From the NCBI RefSeq assembly GCF_004010195.1, contig NC_057718.1, positions 63,140,225-63,204,224 of the forward strand: a stretch of 64,000 bases of DNA. Reading direction: 5' to 3'. The notes beneath the pieces are model-generated. The model was not told the DNA's origin. It ran no database searches and saw nothing but the letters and a program-made list of their open reading frames with translations. Of the stretch, positions 36,745 through 50,420 are shown piece by piece. Source of the DNA: Chiloscyllium plagiosum. Taxonomy: Eukaryota. Position numbers and translations under genes: made by a program. The first letter of the stretch is position 1, and every line of letters starts with the position of its first letter.

Positions 36745-37950
36745 CAGAAAATTTACTGCACAAAAGGGGATTAATTAGTCCATCATACCTGAGTCAATCG
36801 AAAATGAGTTATCTAGCTTCTTCCTACTTTCTGCTTCTTAATGCACAGCTTTATGTGTTACAGCACTTCAAATGCATATCTAAGTATTTTGTAATGTCAA
36901 GAGGTTTGCTTCGAGGCAGTGAGATACCAACGCAGTTATCCACTGGGTGAAATCATTTTATCTCAATATCCCTCCAATCTCGAGACCAATTGCTTGAAGT
37001 CTATGACTCCTGATTAATGATTTCTGCTAAAAGGAATAGGACCTTCCTATTCATTCTATCCAGGCCTATTACAATTTTATGTACCTTAATTAATCATCCC
37101 CCATCCTTTACAATGATAGAGTCATGCAGCATGGAAGAGGCTCTTTCGCCCATTGAGTCTGTATCATCAAAAGTACCTACTACCTACACGAATCCTACTT
37201 TACCACACCAGGCCCACAGCCTTGATTGTGCCTTCAAGTGCCTATCCAAGTACTTTTTAAACATTGTGAGATTTCTTGCCTCTACTGCCTTCTCAGGCAG
37301 TGAATTCCAGACCCCCACCACACTCTGGGTGAAAAAAAGGTTTTCCTTAATTCTCTCTAAACCTGCTATCTTTCACTTTAAAATTATGCCCCATTGTTAT
37401 TGACTCATCGAATACTGGGAACGGCTGCTTCTCATTCCCCTTGTCTGTGCCACTCATTATCATATATGTTTCTGTCAGGTCCCCCTTCAACTTTCTGTAC
37501 TCCAGAGAGAACAACCCAAGCTCATCTAGACTTTCTTCATAACTGAAATGCTCCGTCCCAGGCAATATCCTGGTAAATTTCTTTGCAACCATCCAGTGCA
37601 TTCACATCTTCCCTATAAGAAAGGTGACCAGAACTGCACACTGTACTCCGGCTGTGTACTAATCAAAGTTCTGTACCACTCCAACATAATCTTCTATGAT
37701 CTTGTTTCAAAGAAAACAATCCTAATTCCACTCTTTACAATCTTCCCTCATACATAGACTTCAAGGTAGCAGCATTGTAAAGCTGATATATTCACTTTCT
37801 AATGCACTCACATCCTTCTTGTAATGTATTAGTTATAATCTAACTAGTGTTTGACACTTTTTAGTATAACATCTCTGCTGCTAAATCTATTCCTCAGCTA
37901 ACAAAGAATTTATTCCGTTAGACTCAGGAATCTGTGGTTATGTACTCTTG
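36745..37950 (-). mobile_element. CR1 LINE 3' fragments
   Basis: SYEESL..LGLFSLEYRKLKGDLTETY, MGHNFKV. Confidence 0.75.
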
Positions 37951-38009
37951 GATCCCTCAAGTCTCAGGACAAGCAGGACAGATAAGGGAGGACCAGTAGA
38001 TGTAATATA

Positions 38010-38650
38010 TTAGAATTAGGTTTATTGTCATATGTACTCAAATACATAAGTACAGGAGTACAGTGAAAAGTGTACAAAGTCACCATTCCCAGTGCCATCT
38101 TAGGTACAAGAATACCAAGGCACAAAATCTGAGGTACGAAGTAGAAAAATAAAGAAATACCGTTAAAAGTTCAACATTACACTCTTATAACCTTGGGCTA
38201 GCAATCACTCCATGCTGGGCTTTCCCCACAAGACCATGCTCTCCCCAACGCTGGACTGGGTCCCTCACCACCAACTGCCATCTGGACTTGCCAGCAACTT
38301 TGTCATGGACTGCCATCCGGGCTTGCCACTTGCTTCACCTCTAGCCGCCATCTGGACTCACCAGCCGTTCTGCCAGTGAATGACATCTGGGCTCGCCGGC
38401 TGCTCCTCTGCCAATTGCCAAAGTCCCCTGGCCCCAGCCACTACCACACTCCAAACTCCAGAATCTGACACTGTTGCCACGCTGCCTCCATGACTCAGTT
38501 CTCTCCGGAAGGCATATAAAAAACACAAACTAAAAAATTTAAAGAAAGAGAAAAAAGACGAGGAAAGAAAAAATACAAGGAAAAGCAGATGGAATGGATG
38601 ACCTTTGGTCTCAAGAGACCAGATGCTGTCTACTCTGCCATTGTCATCTT
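38010..38650 (-). mobile_element. Non-autonomous repeat, copy 1
   Basis: Termini and blocks shared with 39361-40161. Confidence 0.6.
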
Positions 38651-39360
38651 AATCTTTTAATAGTTTGGATTTTCAAAAAACGTTTGATAAGGTATTGCAC
38701 ATAAGGCGACATAATAGTATATTAGCATGTATAGAGGATTGACAGACAGGATAACAGATGTATTTTCAGGATTTTAGTTTGTGTCTGGTGGAGTGCCACA
38801 CAAATAAATGCTGGGCACCACAAAATACTAATGATTTGGATGTCAGAATTGAATGTACTTTGTACTATTGCCTGGTTTGCAGATGATACAAAAATATGTG
38901 GGGTGCAAGTGGTGAAGATCACTCAACCTGTGCATATCTCTCTGTAAACTTTAAGTGAGTGGGCAAAACTTGACAAGTGGAATGTAATGTAAGAAAATTA
39001 AGTTTGGTGGGAAGAATAGAGGAGTTAAATATTATTGAAATGGGAAATAAACTGCAGAAAGCTTGCAACGGAATACGATTTTGGGGTCATCATACATGAT
39101 TCGCAAAATGTTCATCCAAGTTCAGCAGGTAATAGGAAAGTCAAGTCAAATGTTCGTCCTTAATTCAAAGGGAATGGAGTATAAAAATAGGGAAGAGTGG
39201 CTAGATCTATGCTATGCACCAGTCAGAATTCATTTGGAATACTGAGAGAAGCTTTGGTCCTGTTATCTAGGAAAGATATACTGACATTGGAGGTAGTCCG
39301 TAGAAGGTTCAGTAAATTAATCCCGGGTTTGGACTGATTTTCTCACAAGGAACAGTTGAA

Positions 39361-40161
39361 TTAGAATTAGGTTTTACTGTCACATGTACTCAAGTACAGG
39401 GAAACAGGAATACAGTGAAAAGTTTACAATTAATGGCGCCACTTCAGGTACAAGATACATAGGTACAAAATCATAGGTAGAAAGTAGATCAATAAAGAAA
39501 TAAGTTAAAAGTTCAGCAATACAGTCTTTCTTCAGCCATGGGCTTATAGTCATCCATGCTGGGCTTTCACCATGACAGCTTGCACACGCCATGAGGGATC
39601 AATCTCTCCCCACATTGAATTCAATCTTGCAAACCCCCCCCGAAACCGATTTCTCCCCCATGCTGAGCTCAATCTCACACTCACCATGAGGGATTGATCT
39701 CTCCCTTGTGTTGAGCTCAGTCTCTTCCTCATGCTGGGTTCCATCTCTCTCTCTCTCTCTCTGTCTCTCTTGCATTGGGCTCGATCTCTCTCCTGCATTT
39801 GACTTGATCTCTCGAGCTCCACACCTCCAAGCTGCTATCTGGGCTCACCAGCCACCTCACCACAGTCCGCTAGAGTCCTGCTCTCGTACTGTTCCAGACC
39901 CCCAGCCACTTCCACAATCTAGACCTTGAAGAAGCTGCAATATTTTTGAGCGCCAGAATTCTGTTCGGGCACACCAGCCACCTCATGGTTGACTGCCAAA
40001 GTCCACACTGTGGGCCTCCAGCTGTTGCCCAGGCTATGCTCCCTCCAGAAGGTAAGTAGGGGAAAAAAGCTAAACAAAAAAGAAAAAAGCAACAAAAGAA
40101 GAAATAAAAGTGGTCTGAGTGGATGATCTGTGACTCAGGAGCCCTACTGTGCCACCATCTT
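39361..40161 (-). mobile_element. Non-autonomous repeat, copy 2
   Basis: Termini and blocks shared with 38010-38650. Confidence 0.6.
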
Positions 40162-41789
40162 GAACATGGAGTAAATTGGGCCTGTACTCAATGGAGTTTA
40201 GAAGAATGAGAGATGGTTTTAGTAAAACATAGAACAATCTTAGGGAGCTTAACAGGGGAGCTGTTGAGCGGTTGTGGAAGAGTCTATGACCACAGTCTAT
40301 AATCTCAGAATAGGGGATCACCCAATGAAGACAGAGATGAGGAGGAATATCTTCTCTCAGAGGATAGGGAATCTACGTAATTTCTTATTGTAGAGACCTG
40401 TTGAGGTTGGCTGAGTAAGAATATTTAAGAAACATTTTTAATCAGTAAGATATGAAGTAAGGTATAATCAAGAAGTATGAGGAAAAGGGTAGAAATTGGA
40501 TTTGAGGATAATTAGATCAGCAATGATCTCTTTGAATGGTGGAGCAGACTCAATGGCCTATTTCTGCTCCTATGTTTTATGATCTTATGTGGTGGAATCA
40601 TAGGAATCTGAGTGATGTGGGCTGTGGTATGTTTGTAGCCGAATCAGACAAGAAATCTGGCAAGGCCAAAAGCGGTAGCATCTTGTTCCACTTTTTGTGC
40701 TTTTGCGAAGTGAGGAGATGAGTCTCTTCCTATGTGATGGCAAGTTGCCAATTAAAGAAATTATAGCTTGTTAAAAGCTTATTAATGTCACAACTTGCCT
40801 CATTAGTATTCTGCTTCCTATGTTACCAAACAGGCCAAACAAGATAGATGTTGAGAAATAGAAATCAAAGTGGGCGCCTGGGGATTTCAGCTCACCATTG
40901 GCTGTAAGGAGTCTCCATATTGCTCAGCACGAAACAGTATCTCAGAGCATGATCCATGGGCACCAGCTTGCACACACTTCTCATCCACAGACATTAACAT
41001 CAAACACTACTAACCCTTCATGGCACCTGTCCAATCCACCAGCAGGCAGTTTAAGAAACACTGATCAACATGACACATGGACAGCTAGCATGGAGAGGCT
41101 GCTGCTAGGATGTTTTGCAAGCAGGGATAGGCATCTAACTCCGAGATTGGAGCCGGCTGCTTTCTTGCTCTCTTAGAGATTGTTCACCTAGTGGCATGCC
41201 TTGTCTTGCCTCTCATACCATGCTTATTGTCTCTTCAGTCAGTGTAAAAAAACTGTCAATACTGTGACATACTTGTGTTTTTTGTGCAGACGCACAGGTA
41301 GGCTGCTTGTCAGTAAACTACAAGAAGGGATTTTTGGCGGTGACCTTCATTGTAATCAACACATACTAAGTATAGAGGAACAGGGTGGGCATCATTTCAG
41401 TATAATGGAGGACAGGGTGATGGGTCGAAGGGGTAGTTGGGGTAGTATGAAATAAAAGGGGACATGGAGGTTCTGGGGTATATCTGGTAGCCAGCTGGAG
41501 CTCAGTGTCGATGGTGTCCACTGTGAACTACACTTCTTATCATTACTTTCCATTCTTTGGACATGAAGTGTGACTAGAAAATGGTAGGGACTATGTTGAA
41601 GATGGGTACAGTTAGTGTCACTTTGGCAAAAACACAGGATCCACATCTGCTGGATAATAGGACATATCTGGGGGCAATCCAAGATGGCAGTGATCGAGGA
41701 CGATCACAATTGCTGGGCTCCATGCCACAACATCGGCAGAACAGAACTAGAACCCATCCCATCCATATTATTGTGAGTAAAAAATCAGT

Positions 41790-43272
41790 ATAGAATCATA
41801 GAGCTATAAAGATGTACAGCATGGAAACAGACCCTTCGGTTCAACCTGTCCATGCCAACCAGATATCCCAACCCAATCTAGTCCCACCTGCCAGCACCCG
41901 GCCCATATCCCTCCAAACCCTTCCTATTCATATACCCATCCAAATGCCTCTTAAATGTTGCAATTGTACCAGCCTCCACCACATCCTCTGGCAGCTCATC
42001 CCATACACNNNNNNNNNNNNNNNNNNNNNNNNNNNNNNNNNNNNNNNNNNNNNNNNNNNNNNNNNNNNNNNNNNNNNNNNNNNNNNNNNNNNNNNNNNNN
42101 NNNNNNNNNNNNNNNNNNNNNNNNNNNNNNNNNNNNNNNNNNNNNNNNNNNNNNNNNNNNNNNNNNNNNNNNNNNNNNNNNNNNNNNNNNNNNNNNNNNN
42201 NNNNNNNNNNNNNNNNNNNNNNNNNNNNNNNNNNNNNNNNNNNNNNNNNNNNNNNNNNNNNNNNNNNNNNNNNNNNNNNNNNNNNNNNNNNNNNNNNNNN
42301 NNNNNNNNNNNNNNNNNNNNNNNNNNNNNNNNNNNNNNNNNNNNNNNNNNNNNNNNNNNNNNNNNNNNNNNNNNNNNNNNNNNNNNNNNNNNNNNNNNNN
42401 NNNNNNNNNNNNNNNNNNNNNNNNNNNNNNNNNNNNNNNNNNNNNNNNNNNNNNNNNNNNNNNNNNNNNNNNNNNNNNNNNNNNNNNNNNNNNNNNNNNN
42501 NNNNNNNNNNNNNNNNNNNNNNNNNNNNNNNNNNNNNNNNNNNNNNNNNNNNNNNNNNNNNNNNNNNNNNNNNNNNNNNNNNNNNNNNNNNNNNNNNNNN
42601 NNNNNNNNNNNNNNNNNNNNNNNNNNNNNNNNNNNNNNNNNNNNNNNNNNNNNNNNNNNNNNNNNNNNNNNNNNNNNNNNNNNNNNNNNNNNNNNNNNNN
42701 NNNNNNNNNNNNNNNNNNNNNNNNNNNNNNNNNNNNNNNNNNNNNNNNNNNNNNNNNNNNNNNNNNNNNNNNNNNNNNNNNNNNNNNNNNNNNNNNNNNN
42801 NNNNNNNNNNNNNNNNNNNNNNNNNNNNNNNNNNNNNNNNNNNNNNNNNNNNNNNNNNNNNNNNNNNNNNNNNNNNNNNNNNNNNNNNNNNNNNNNNNNN
42901 NNNNNNNNNNNNNNNNNNNNNNNNNNNNNNNNNNNNNNNNNNNNNNNNNNNNNNNNNNNNNNNNNNNNNNNNNNNNNNNNNNNNNNNNNNNNNNNNNNGG
43001 CACCTCACCAGTGACTATTGATGATACAAATATCTCAGCAAGAGGTCCAGCAATCACTTCTCTAGCTTCCCACAGAGTTCTCGGATACACCTGACCAGGT
43101 CCTGGGGACGTATCCATCTTTAACTGTTTCAAGACATCCAGCACTTCCTCCTCTGTAATTTGGACATTTTGCAAGATGTCACCATCTATTTCCCTACAGT
43201 CTATATCTTCCATATCCTTTTCCACAGTAAATACTGATGCAAAATATTCATTTAGTATCTCCCCCATTTTCT
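41790..43272 (-). mobile_element. Young HER1 LINE spanning an N gap
   Basis: GEILNEYFASVFTVEKD..SPGP; 3' tail at 41790; near-identical to 7028-7205. Confidence 0.9.
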
Positions 43273-44850
43273 CCCCCATGGCTCCACATAAAGGCCACCT
43301 TGCTGAGAAAATTTCATTTACCTTCCCTTTTGCTGCGGGAGAATGCCGAAGAAAGGAGGAAGCTTGTCCGGGGCCAGGGCCGCGGCTCAACCCACCGAGG
43401 CGGCAGGCTTGCTTACTTACCAGGCCCTGTTTGAGGAGCTTGCCAAATCCCGCGAGGTCTTGGGAAAGCAAATTGAAGAGAAAATTGAGGAAAAGCTGGC
43501 TCCACTCTCTGCTATGCTGCAAGACCTGGGGAAAAGGACTGATGAGCTTGAACGCCGGGCCACAGGGTGGAGGCAGAGGCTGATTCATCCAAGATCAGAT
43601 TGAATCTCTGGAAACAGAGTTCAATGGCATGCTGGATCTGGTGGATGGTCTTGAGAACGGGGCAGAAGAAAAAACATCTGTGTTGGAGGCATGCCGGAGG
43701 GACGGAAGGTGAGTGGCCAGTGGAAGTTTTTGAGAAGTGGTTCCTGGATTTCCTTAATTTGGGAGCTTTCAGAGCCCAAGGGAAGGACCCAAGGACATTG
43801 GTTCAAGGGTTCCAAGGTCATGTTCTTCCAAGACATTTCAGCGGCAGTAATCCAGACAAGGAAGTCCTACAATGGCATCCAGAAGAGATTGAGAGAGCTT
43901 GGGATCCAGTACTCTCTAAGATATGTAGCGGTGTATCAGGTTCATTATGATGGATCTGTACATTTATTTGACTCACCAGAGAAAACAAGGAACGTATGTG
44001 AACACGCTGACTTAATAGGCACAGACAACAGGGTTGTTCAAGTTTGTTTTTCTTAAGAGAGGACTTGGTGGAGTTTCCTTTTGTTGGTAATTATGCTCGG
44101 GATGGATAGAGTATTTACCTTTAATTTCTAAGTTATGTTATACCGAGGGATGGGTGACATATTTATTTTTAACTTACTTGTGTATATTACTAACCTTGTT
44201 CTTTTTCCCCAACTGGATTGCTTATGTGTGTGGCGCAACCCTAACTGGTGTGAGTTAAGAGGGTGGTTGGGATAGTCAGTAGGGTTTTGGGATGTGTTGG
44301 TGCCCCCTTTGAATGGGGGGGTAAATTCCTCTAATCAGTGCCTTTGGCACTTTCTTGTTTTCATTTTTGGTGTACATAATTTTTGCAAGGTTTGTGGGTT
44401 TGTTTGTTGTAGCTGTTTTAGATTATGTAGTTTTTGTGTTTTGTGGACTCTCTTGTACTGAAGCTCAGTGATTTGTAGTTTGAGCTCTCCCTCTCTGGAG
44501 TCTAAATGGTGCTGTAGAAGGTTATGGCTAAGGATGTGTTCAAGTGGTACTTGCAACATTAAGGGGAGTCACTCACCCGTCAAGAAGAAGAAGAAGGTAC
44601 TTTCCAGTCTTAAAAGAGATGTTGCTCTATTGCAAGATACACACCTAAATGATGCAGAGCATCTGAAACTGCAACAGAATGGGTATAACCTGGTTTTATT
44701 TCTCATCTTTCAATACTAGGAGTAGGGGGGTGGCCATTCTGGTTAGGAAGAATCTCCCATTTAAGTTGTTATATTGTATTAAAGACACAAACAGTAGATT
44801 TATAATCCTTAAAGCTTTGATATATGTGGAAGAATTCAGGATCTTAAATG

Positions 44851-46620
44851 CTTGGAGTCTGACGAGATAGGAGAAGCGCTAAATGAATATTTTTTGTTGG
44901 TATTCACACTGGGGAAAAAAAATGTTGCCGAGGAGAATACTGAGATACAAGCTACTAGACTAGATGGGATTGAGGTTCACAAGGAGGAGGTGTTAGCAAT
45001 TCTGGAAGGTCGGCTGGATGGGATTTGTCCTTGCATTCTCTGGGAAGCCGGGGAGAAGATTGCAGAGCCTTTAGCTTTGATCTTTATGTCATCATTGAGT
45101 GCAGGAATAGTACCAGAAGACTGGAGGATAGCAACTGTTGTCCCCTTGTTCAAGAAGGCCTTTAATTATATGTGAGCCTTACTTCAGTTGTATGTAAAGT
45201 GTTGGAAACGGTTATAAGAGATAGGATTTAAAATCATCTAGAAAGGAAGAGCAACTGTTGTCCCCTTGTTCAAGAAGGCCTTTAATTATAGGTATGTGAG
45301 CCTTACTTCAGTTGTATGTAAAGTGTTGGAAACGGTTATAAGAGATAGGATTTAAAATCATCTAGAAAGGAAGAAGTTGATTAGGGATAGTCAACACAGT
45401 TTTGTGAAGGATAGGTCGTGCCTCACAAACCCTATTGAAATCTTTGAGAAGGTGACCAAACAGGTGGATGAGGGTTTTGATTTGGTGTATATGGATTTCA
45501 GTAAGGTGTTTGATAAGTTTCGGTAGGCTATTGCACAAAATACAGAGGCACAGGATTGAAGGTGCTTTTGTGATTTGGATCAGAAATTGGCTAGCTAAAA
45601 GAAGACAGAGGGTGGTGGTTGACAGAAAATGTTCATCCTGGAGTTCAGTTCCTTGTGGTGAACCGCAAGGATCTGTTTTGTGTCCACTGCTGCTTGTCAT
45701 TTTTATAAATGACCTGGATGAGGGCGTAGAAGGATGGGTTAGTAAATTTGTGGATGCCACTAAGGTCAGTAGAGTTGTGGACCATGCCGAAATATGTTGT
45801 AGGTTGCAGGAGGATATAGATAGAGTTGGGCTGAGAGGTGGCAAATGGAGTTTTATCTGGAAAAGTGTGAGGTGATTCACTTTGGAAGGAGCAACAGGAA
45901 TAATGGTAAGATTCTTGGCAGTGTAGATGAGCAGAGAGATCTCGATGTTCATGTACATAGATCCCTGAAAATTGCCACCCAGGTTGATAAGGTTGTAAAG
46001 AAGGCATGCAGTTAGCTTTTACTGGTAGAGGGATTGATTTTCGGAGCCACCAGGTCATGTTGCAGCTGTACAAAACTCTGATGCAGCCACACTTAGAGCA
46101 CTGCCTACAGTTCTGGTCACTGCAATATAGGAAGGATGTGGAAGCTTTGGAAAGGGTGCAGAGGAGATTTAATAGGGTGTTGCCTGGTATGGAGGGAAGG
46201 TCTTATGAGGAAAGGCTGAGGGACTTGAGGCTGTTTTCGTTAAAGAGACAAAGGTTGAGAGGTGACTTAATTGAGACATACAAGATAATCAGAGGGCTAG
46301 ATAGCTTGGACAGTGAGAGCCTTTTTCCTCAGATGGTGATGGCTAGCATGAGAGGACATAGCTTTAAATTGAGGGGTGATAGATATAAGACAGATGACAG
46401 AGATGGTTTCTTTACTCAGAGAGTAGTAGGGGCATGGAACACCCTGCCTGCAACAGTAGTAGACTCATCAACTTTAAGGGCATTTAAATGGTCATTGGAT
46501 AAACATATGGATGAAAATGGAATAATGTACGATAGGTAGGCTTCAGATTGGTTCCACAGGTCAGTGCAGCATTGAGGGCTGAAGAGTCTGTACTGCAATT
46601 TATTGTTCTATGTTCTATGT
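44851..46620 (+). mobile_element. CR1 LINE (RT and 3' end) inserted in the L1 endonuclease
   Basis: PEDWRIATVVPLFKK, PQGSVL, FINDL, LYKTLMQPHLEH, (gttctat)n tail; L1 frame ILN|YCPP resumes after it. Confidence 0.9.
45130..45373 (+). repeat. ~120-bp tandem duplication
   Basis: 45130-45249 is repeated at 45250-45373, differing by a 4-nt indel (ggta). Confidence 0.9.
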
Positions 46621-49107
46621 TTATTGTCCTCCGGTCCACCTCTCAAGATCTTGCATGTCAGCATATTATTATGGGGAGGATTTTAATTGTCTAATAGATC
46701 CTACGGTGGACAGATTGCCTAAAAGGCCCCGCAATATCTTCTTCACAATCTAAGCAATTAAAGGATTTGTGTGTTGAACTAGGATTGATAGATGTTTGGA
46801 GGCACCTTCATCCTACTGGCAAGGATTTAACATTTTTCTCGAATCCGCACAAATGCCATACCAGGATTGATCTCTTCTTGACTCCCACAGTGTGTTCAGT
46901 GGTGTCATGTACACTTGGCAATATCACTACTTCTGGTCGCGCTCTAGTGTATCTAATGGTCAAGAGTAAGGATACTATGGTAGGTTCGAGGCATTGCTGA
47001 CTGGATCCCTTCATCCTTAAGGATAGCAAATTTACTGAATTCTTTTCTACTGAATTTAGGACTTTTTTTAGACATTAATTCATGCTCGGTCAGTAACCCA
47101 TCCCTTCTCTGGGATACTGCTAAAGCCTATGCGAGGGTTTAGTAACTTCCTATTCTGCCAATAAGAAATGGCAGAAGGATGAGCAGCAATGCTTCTCGAG
47201 ACATGTCTGAAGGTAGCTGAAAAGGCATACTTTGATAGGCCCTCATTGGCTAAACTGCAGAGGATCACAGCACTTCGGTCCACACTGAACTCCATGCTCA
47301 CACAGACAGCTAAAAGGGAGCTTCCATTTGCAAACCAAAGGCTTTTTGAGCATGGAGATAAACTGGGCAAGTACCTAGTGTATCTTGCCAGGAAAAGGAG
47401 TGCTGCCCAAGCCATTACCTCGATCAAGGAAGATACTGGAAATTTAACACATGATTCTAAAAGGATTAACGTGGCATTTTGGAAATTTTACTTCGAACTA
47501 TACCATTCTGAAAGTTGTGAGGATAGGCAGGTTAGGATGGAGTCTTTTTTTAAGAATCTGGCCCTCCCAGGAGTGACCTCTGAGCAAGAGTCTCTCCTTA
47601 ATGCCCTATTGTCAGTGCAAGAGGTGGAGGAGGCTGTGAGGCAGCTTCAGAATGGAAAGGCTCCTAGTCCTGACAGACTTGCCAGAGAGTTTTATAAGGA
47701 ATTTATAAGTATACTATAAGGACTGATGCTTAGTATGTTTAACACTTCACATAGCCGTGCCCTCTTCCCGCCATCCATAAGACAGGCAAACATCCCTCTT
47801 ATTCTTAAAAAGGGAAGGCCCCGGAGGACTGTGCTTCCTATAGGCCCATTTCAATCCTGAATGTTGATTTGAAAATCCTATCTAAGATTCTTGCACTCAG
47901 ACGAGAAACTGTGCTGCCCTCCATCATTAAGGAGAATCAGACGGGCTTTATAAAAGGTTGCCGGTCATCGAATAATGTCAGGAGGTTACTTAATATGATC
48001 CAAATATGTCAACAACGATTGGTATGGGGATTAGTGATCTCTTTAGATGCAGAGAAGGCATTTGACCGGGTCAAGTGGCCATATCTTTTTTATACTTTAA
48101 AGCGGTTTGGTTTGGGAGAAGCCTTCATCAGATGGGTAAAGGTTTTGTATAGTGACCCTCTTGCTGCAGTCCTCATCAATGGTGTGCGGTCAAGCAATTT
48201 CAATATCCTGAGGGGCAGTCAACAGGGCTGTCCCTTATCACCATTGCATTTTACATTGGTGATTAAACTGCTGGAGGAGGCAATACGTAGGGATCCCAAT
48301 ATATCCGCACCAGAAGTGGGGACAAAGTCGCAGAAAATTGCATTGTATGCAGTTGATGTTCTTATCTTTTTATCGAACCCAACAGTTTTGGTGCCTCATC
48401 TGATACAATGAATTAATTTGTTTGGTGTTTTTTTGGGTTACAAGATCAACTTTGTAAAATCAGAGGCCATGCCCATGGTGGGGTCTCCCGAAAATGCCTG
48501 GTCCTGACGACAAATCTCAATTTTCATTTAGATGGTCATAGGAGGGCTTTCTGTACTTAGGTGTATTCATTTACTCCCGTCTTTGATCGGCTATTTAAAA
48601 CCAATTATCCCTATTTGTTTGACAGAATCAAACAAGTCCTTCGAAGTTGGGAGGCATTTCCGATCTCTTGGTTAGGTCAGATAGCCCTCATTAAAATAAA
48701 CATTCTCTCCCGCCTGTTGTATCCTATGCGAATGCTCCCTTTGCTTTTTACCAAGCAAACATTTAGAAGACGGAATGGTTGGTTCAGTTCCTTTATCTGG
48801 TATCGCAAGCAACCCCTTATTAAACTAACTAAACCACAGCTACCACACAGACTGAGAGGAGTGGACCTCCCAGATATTAAAAACTATTGACTAAACTCGT
48901 TGATATCTTACATGAATGACTGGGCCTGGAGGGACTCTCATTCACTATGTGTGGACATCGAAGCATCTCAGGCAAGTTGCCCCCTTACGAGCTTGCTGTT
49001 CTTGGACAAAATGAGGACAGTTAAGGAATATTGTCATAGCCTAATAGTTATTAATACTGTTAAGGTGTGGAGGGCAATGCGTCAGAGTAAGGGCAATATT
49101 GCCAAAT

Positions 49108-50420
49108 AGAGTCATAGAATCATAGAGATGTACAGCACAGAAACAGACCCTTTAGTCCAACTCATTCATGCTGATCAGATATTCCAACCCAATATACTCC
49201 CACCTGTCAGCATCCAGCCCATATCCCTCCAAACCCGTCCTATTCATATACCCAACCAGATGGCTTTTAAATGATGCAATTGTACTAGTATCCACCACTT
49301 CCTCTGGCAGCTCATTCCATACTCGTACCGTCCACTGCGTGAAAAAGTTGTCCCTTAGGTCTCTTTTATATCTTTCCCCTCTCACCCTAAACCTATGCCC
49401 TCTGGTTCTGGACTTCCCCACCCCACAGAAGAGACTTTGTCTATTTATCGTATCCATGCCCCTCATGATTTTATAAACCTCTATAAGGTCACCCCTCAGC
49501 CTCCGACATTTCAGGGAAAACAGCCCCAGCCTATTCAACTTCTCACTATCGCTCAAATCCTCCAACTCTGGCAACATTCTTGTAAATCTTTTCTGAACCC
49601 TTTCAAGTTTCACAAGAGGCGGCACAGTGGTTAGCACTGCTGCCTCACAGCGCCAGAGACCCGGGTTCAATTCCCGCCTCAGGCGACTGACTGTGTGGAG
49701 TTTGCACATTCTCCCCGTGTCTGCGTGGGTTCCTCCGGGTGCTCCGGTTTCCACCCACAGTCCAAAGATGTGCAGGTCAGGTGAATTGGCCATGTTAAAT
49801 TGCCCGTAGTGTTAGGTGAACGGGTAAATGTAGGGGTATGGGTGGGTTGCGCTACCCGGGTCGGTGTGGACTTGTTGGGCCGAAGGGCCTGTTTCCACAC
49901 TGTAAGTAATCTAATCTAATCCTTCTGATAGGAAGGAGACCAGAACTGCACGCAATATTCCAAAAGTGGCCTTACCAATGTCCTGTACAGCTGCAGCATG
50001 ACCTCAATACTGTGACCAATAAAGAAAAGCATACCAAACGCCTTCTTCACTGTCCTAGCTACCTGCAACTCCACTTTTAAAGAGCTGTGAACCTGCACGC
50101 CAAGGAATCTTTGTTCAGCCACACTTCCCAGGACCTTACCATGAAGTGTATAAGTCCAGCTAAGATTTGCTTTCCCAAAATGCAGCACATTTATCTAAAT
50201 TAAACTCCATCTGCCACTTCTCAGCCCATTGGCCCATCTGGTCAAGATCCCGTTGTAATCTGAGGTAACTTTCTTCGCTGTCCATGACATTTCCAATTTT
50301 GGTGTCATCTGCAAACTTACTAACGATACCTCTTATGCTCACATCCAAATCGTTTATATAAATGACAAAAAGTAGTGGACCCAACGCCGATTCTTGTGGC
50401 ACTCCACTGGTCACAGGCCT
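49108..50420 (-). mobile_element. HER1 LINE 3' half inserted in L1 ORF2
   Basis: GVPQESALGP, YINDL, KFADDTK, RLRGDLIEVYKI, ctatgattctatgact tail. Confidence 0.92.
49616..49919 (+). mobile_element. HE1-type SINE inserted in HER1
   Basis: Highly similar to 22875-23190; interrupts the KD|VKLERVQ frame. Confidence 0.92.

Larger units (their letters stand above)
37975..40570 (+). mobile_element. Decayed CR1 LINE interrupted by two related non-coding inserts
   Basis: DVIY|LDFQKTFDKV, FADDTK, VRIHLEY relics, 3' end atgttttatgatcttatg. Confidence 0.75.

Noticed and set aside
40600..41780. Possible Harbinger-associated relic (also 33850-34320)
   Set aside because: Composition is suggestive but no diagnostic motif could be read
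41812..43588. ORFs of 376-530 aa
   Set aside because: Mostly N-gap X residues; the flanks are HER1 and antisense L1
45130..45373. CRISPR-like or functional repeat
   Set aside because: Simple two-copy duplication in a dead LINE, with no spacers, in a eukaryotic context
49152..49793. 213-aa ORF
   Set aside because: Chance fusion of antisense SINE and HER1 RT C-terminus
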